IMG/VR virus record: IMGVR_UViG_3300043493_000052
Coordinates: 1 to 37,330 of that record
Reading direction: 5' to 3' (one strand)
Length of the DNA: 37,330 nucleotides
Source of the DNA: a virus
Taxonomy: Duplodnaviria; Caudoviricetes
Below, piece by piece: positions 33,611-37,330 of the stretch (within the stretch, counting starts at the first letter, position 1; the number at the start of each line of letters is the position of its first letter). A program made the position numbers and the translations under genes. The notes below the pieces were generated by a model that made no database searches, was not told the DNA's origin, and was given only the letters and a program-made list of their open reading frames with translations.

Positions 33611-36052
33611 GTGGGACTTTTAGACGGACAAAAAGCGGGCTTATTGTTTCAGATCAAGGGCGACGCCACTGATGCAATCAAGGCGTTTAACAGTGTCGAA
33701 ACCAAGATCGGCAAGCTTTCAAAGGACAGTGCTGGGCTCGGATCTGTCCTGTCCGGCCTCATAAATCCAACGACGGCTTTCGTAGGTGGGATCACGGCCT
33801 TGGCGTCGGCTGCCGTGCTCGGCACCGTTGCATTATTTGACCTTTCAAAACAGGCCGCTGAATACGGATCAGCCATTTTCGACGCGTCGGAAAAGACGGG
33901 GCTGCACGCCGAGACGCTTTCGGCGATGAAACTTGCCGCCGATCAATCCAGTTCGTCGCTCGATGAGGTGACGAGCGGGATCGCGAAGTTTTCCAAACAG
34001 GTCGGAGCCGCTGCGGACGGATCAGAGAAAGCCGCCGCAGCCTTGAAGGATCTCGGCATCGATCCGGCGGAAGCCTTGCAGGATCTTGACGCATCACTCG
34101 CCAAAGTATTCAAACGCATATCCGACGCGAAGCCCGGCATCGAACAGATCACGCTGGCACAGAAAGCTTTCGGCAAAGCTGGAGCGGATCTGCTGCCGTT
34201 CATAAAATCATTTGATGGCGATCTCGAAGGGCTGACCAAACGGGCTAAAGAACTTGGGGTAACGATCAACGATCAGGCCGCACGCGAAGCTGACGAATTT
34301 GGCGACACGCTCGATCAACTTTCTGCACAAATGGCGGGACTGGCCCGGCAGATCGTATCACCGCTGATCCCGCAGATCACTAATCTGACAAAGGCCCTTA
34401 GCAAACTGCTCGTCGATAACCAGGCGGCGATGTCCCGCTGGCAAACAGAAGCTAAATCGAAGATCGAGGGTGTGATCGGCTATTGGGAAGATCTGACGAA
34501 GGCCGTCAATGGATACTTCACCGCTATCGAAAAGAACAAGTCGAACAATCCATATTCGATACCGATACCAGGCATCGGTTTGCGTGGGCCGCTCCGCGAC
34601 CGGCTCGTCCAGGGTGCTAATGACGCACTGATCGATCGCGGACAGAAACGGCAAGCCGCGACGACTGATCTCGTTCGCGATAATACGTCCATTTTCAAAT
34701 TCCCAACGGAAGGCGAGAAAGCCGAAAGGGCAGCCGAGGCCGAGAAAGCCGCTGAAGAAATGCGGAAAAAACGGGAGGCCGCGGCGAAGCGAGATCTCGA
34801 AACGCAAAGCCAATATATCGACCTGCAGATAAAGGCGATCCGCGAACATTTTCAAGAGGTGCAGGCGGCAACTGAAAAGGCATATCTGGCCCGTGAGCTC
34901 ACAGAAGATCAATTCATTGCGAAATCAAATAAGGATCTCGCGAAATACTCTGAAGACACGAGCACTTATTTAAGCCGGGCGTTCGATATAGACAGCAAAG
35001 GAAAGAATGCCGACGAGATCTTAAATCTGCAGCTTGCCAAAACACAGGCGATCGCGGCGATCGGTCGAGACATCGGGCGCGAGCAAGAGGACCGTGCGAA
35101 GCTGATCGAATCGGTCAACAAAAAGAGCATCGAAGAGATCTCCGAAGCTCAAAAGAAAGCTGACGATCAGCGTGAAGAAGCACTCGATGCCCGGCTCGAT
35201 GGTTATAAACGCGAGCTCGACGCGCAACGCGAACTGAACAAACTCGTCGAGGATCAGGTCGATATGATGCGGGGCCTGTTCAAAGATATGATCGGCGACA
35301 AGCAACCGGGCACCGACAAAGCCAGCGGCCCGACGTCCGCCATCGAACAGATCCGGGATTATTTTTCCGACAGTTCGGCGATCACCATCGGCATCGACAC
35401 GCTGACCGAAGCTTTTCAAGGTCTCGGCCAGGCGATCGGCGAGGTCGTGCAGGCGTGGGTGCTTTATGGATCTGCGGGGCAATCGGTTCGTCAGGTGACG
35501 GCTCAGATCCTTGCGGGCATCGCCCAGCAGGCGGCGATCAAAGCGGTATTCGAACTTGCCGAAGGTTTTGCGGCTCTCGCGATGGCATTTTTCGGCATCC
35601 CGAACGCAGGCCCTTCGGCTGCGGCCCACTTCACAGCAGCCGCAATGTACGGAGCCATTGCGGGCGTCGCGGCCATCGCAGGCCGTGCGGTCGCCGGGGA
35701 TTCGTTCAAGCAGGGATCGGCAAAGGGCGGGTCGCGTTCGCCGGGCTCGGTTGCGGGCGGCAATGACGACGGCTTTACGGACCAGCGGCGGAACCCCAAC
35801 GACTTTCGTGATAGGGGCAATATTTTTCAAGCTCAGAGCGTGCAACTTGGGCGGTTGACAGTCGCATTAGGCGAGGTTGTGGAAACAAATCGTATGTTAC
35901 GAAACCACGTAAGCGGTATGAAGCCGGGCGACGTGCTGGCGATCGGGACAAAGCAAAACCCGCGAGCGGTGACGAACGCACTCAACAATGATTACGCACG
36001 CGGCGGCCGTGCAACCGAACGCACCGCGAAAGTTACGGGGAGAAATCGATAA
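33611..36052 (+). CDS. Tape measure protein
   Basis: 813 aa, helical and Ala-rich with hydrophobic segments; AGGGAGG RBS before GTG. Confidence 0.9.
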   Translation: MGLLDGQKAGLLFQIKGDATDAIKAFNSVETKIGKLSKDSAGLGSVLSGLINPTTAFVGGITALASAAVLGTVALFDLSKQAAEYGSAIFDASEKTGLHAETLSAMKLAADQSSSSLDEVTSGIAKFSKQVGAAADGSEKAAAALKDLGIDPAEALQDLDASLAKVFKRISDAKPGIEQITLAQKAFGKAGADLLPFIKSFDGDLEGLTKRAKELGVTINDQAAREADEFGDTLDQLSAQMAGLARQIVSPLIPQITNLTKALSKLLVDNQAAMSRWQTEAKSKIEGVIGYWEDLTKAVNGYFTAIEKNKSNNPYSIPIPGIGLRGPLRDRLVQGANDALIDRGQKRQAATTDLVRDNTSIFKFPTEGEKAERAAEAEKAAEEMRKKREAAAKRDLETQSQYIDLQIKAIREHFQEVQAATEKAYLARELTEDQFIAKSNKDLAKYSEDTSTYLSRAFDIDSKGKNADEILNLQLAKTQAIAAIGRDIGREQEDRAKLIESVNKKSIEEISEAQKKADDQREEALDARLDGYKRELDAQRELNKLVEDQVDMMRGLFKDMIGDKQPGTDKASGPTSAIEQIRDYFSDSSAITIGIDTLTEAFQGLGQAIGEVVQAWVLYGSAGQSVRQVTAQILAGIAQQAAIKAVFELAEGFAALAMAFFGIPNAGPSAAAHFTAAAMYGAIAGVAAIAGRAVAGDSFKQGSAKGGSRSPGSVAGGNDDGFTDQRRNPNDFRDRGNIFQAQSVQLGRLTVALGEVVETNRMLRNHVSGMKPGDVLAIGTKQNPRAVTNALNNDYARGGRATERTAKVTGRNR

Positions 36053-37132
36053 ATGCCGACAACAGTTACATCATCCAGCGGAACGGTTTACCACTTGTTT
36101 CAGTTATCAACAGCGAACAGCGTTAAGACGTTTGAGGAGTCTATCGGCTTCACCGTTTTACGTAACGATCTGAGTGACGGTTACAGTGCATCGGCTTTAT
36201 TCGGTTCGGATACTGGGAAACGTAGATGGCGTATCACGATGCCGACCCTTGCACATTCAACTATTACTATGCCAACGGTAACGGGCATTGATGGACGCTC
36301 TGTTTCCCGTGAGCAATACCTGTGGGATTTATGGTGTGAATGGAATGTGACGGGTTTACCGTTCGTCATCCAGAGCGAAAGGAATAGCCAATATTACATT
36401 GCTGAGTTTGTTGATGAAGAACTGACCTACTCAGGGATGAAGATCAAGCTTTACGAGTCCGGCATTGAACTTCGGCAGAAACGAATTGAAGGTGAAACCG
36501 TGTTTGATGTGTCCAAGATGGGCGTTACGACATACGGCTATAACTGGTTTAATGAAACATCCTTTGCCACGACTTGGAACGATAAAAATCCGCTAAGTGG
36601 GCCAACGTCAGACCTCACGGTAACGGGCGATGTGGTACAGGCTGCGTCCATTCAAAACAGTCTTGCAGTGATGCGGTTCAGTAATTCCGCGAATACGGGA
36701 CGGCTTAACTGCACAACCTTCAGCCAACCTATCTTCGAAACGATCATTGTGATGCAGATGCGAGAGGCTGCATTTTCGAACAATGCGGGTGTGTGGACTT
36801 CTGCCGCTGCCGATCCCATTCTCGTCGGCACATCGGCAGACACCAAGTTCCAGAACAACCTTGCAACCGCCGACGAATATTATCTAAACGGCGTTGAATA
36901 CGGGCATACGAACTTACAAGCACCGATGAACGCTTTCGGCATTATCAATATGAAATTCGCCGCAAGCATTGACCCTGCGTCGATCCAGTTCGGTAAGGAT
37001 CGAGGGACGGCTGCAACGTTCGCAGAAATGGATATGGCGGAGGTCGTTTCGTTTGCTCAACCGATACCGTCAGGTGAGAAACGCGAACTTATCGAACACC
37101 TAAACATTAAATGGGCTGTTGGGCTTGGCTAA
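36053..37132 (+). CDS. Distal tail (Dit-like) protein with a C-terminal LamG-like domain
   Basis: TAAATG-coupled to the tape measure gene; C-terminal EVVSF....EKRELIEHLNIKW typical of ConA-like domains. Confidence 0.65.
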   Translation: MPTTVTSSSGTVYHLFQLSTANSVKTFEESIGFTVLRNDLSDGYSASALFGSDTGKRRWRITMPTLAHSTITMPTVTGIDGRSVSREQYLWDLWCEWNVTGLPFVIQSERNSQYYIAEFVDEELTYSGMKIKLYESGIELRQKRIEGETVFDVSKMGVTTYGYNWFNETSFATTWNDKNPLSGPTSDLTVTGDVVQAASIQNSLAVMRFSNSANTGRLNCTTFSQPIFETIIVMQMREAAFSNNAGVWTSAAADPILVGTSADTKFQNNLATADEYYLNGVEYGHTNLQAPMNAFGIINMKFAASIDPASIQFGKDRGTAATFAEMDMAEVVSFAQPIPSGEKRELIEHLNIKWAVGLG

Positions 37133-37324
37133 ATGGCTTTAACGCAAACTCAAATAGATGATCTTCACGACCTTTCCCGCACGGCGAGGCCGAATGTTGC
37201 TGCGTATTTGAAAGTCATATGGGACGCTAATGATTCGAGCGAAACAAGATACTACGGCGAGTCAGCATTTCACCAAGCAGGCAACTTCTCCGGCATTGCT
37301 AAACGCATAGAACCGCGAATTATT
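37133..37324 (+). CDS. 5' end of the tail tip protein (continues at position 1)
   Basis: MALTQTQIDDLHDLSRTARPNV joins AAYLKVIWD in frame. Confidence 0.85.
37199..37324 (+). repeat. Direct terminal repeat, copy 2
   Basis: Identical to 1-126. Confidence 0.95.
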
Positions 37325-37330
37325 AGCGTC

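Larger units (their letters stand above)
32751..33619 (-). mobile_element. HNH insertion cassette bounded by the TGGGACTT direct repeat
   Basis: TGGGACTT at 32751-32758 and 33612-33619 duplicates the tape-measure start. Confidence 0.65.

Noticed and set aside
32750-33619. Self-splicing intron or ribosomal bypass (insert length is a multiple of 3)
   Set aside because: Almost no non-coding sequence for a ribozyme core, and a good RBS-GTG restart explains tape-measure expression more simply.
32775-33623. 282-aa plus-strand ORF spanning the HNH insert and ending over the tape-measure start
   Set aside because: It is the exact codon-antisense frame of HNH, which is often open by chance; TTG start and no recognisable motifs. 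A coupling role is not excluded but is unsupported.

Overview
The window is an apparently complete, circularly permuted temperate siphovirus genome. The unit length is about 37,198 bp, because bases 1-126 recur at 37199-37324 and the tail-tip gene reads in frame across the junction. Gene order: tail tip/receptor-binding genes (PA14, CBM-like, FN3 and GH54/LamG-like domains), attP (3' half of tRNA-Pro(GGG)), tyrosine integrase, Xis, a secreted adhesin-E-like protein, a divergent switch of two ribbon-helix-helix proteins around GTAC boxes, early genes (SSAP-like, CII-like, DUF4406, ParB, DUF1376 initiator, wHTH), lysis genes, a pre-terminase block of large fibre proteins each followed by a short peptide gene, lambda-type terminase and portal, a protease-HK97 capsid fusion, tail genes, an antisense HNH cassette, tape measure and Dit. 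The most notable signals are regulatory: an all-RHH switch, two complementary RNA hairpins linking the rightward early RNA to the xis leader, a PRE-like leftward promoter with boxB/boxA, two matching late promoters and a PA-X-like +1 frameshift motif. The fibre/adaptor-peptide pairs and heptamer repeats at gene junctions also stand out. All family calls are by-eye motif recognition; no database searches were run.
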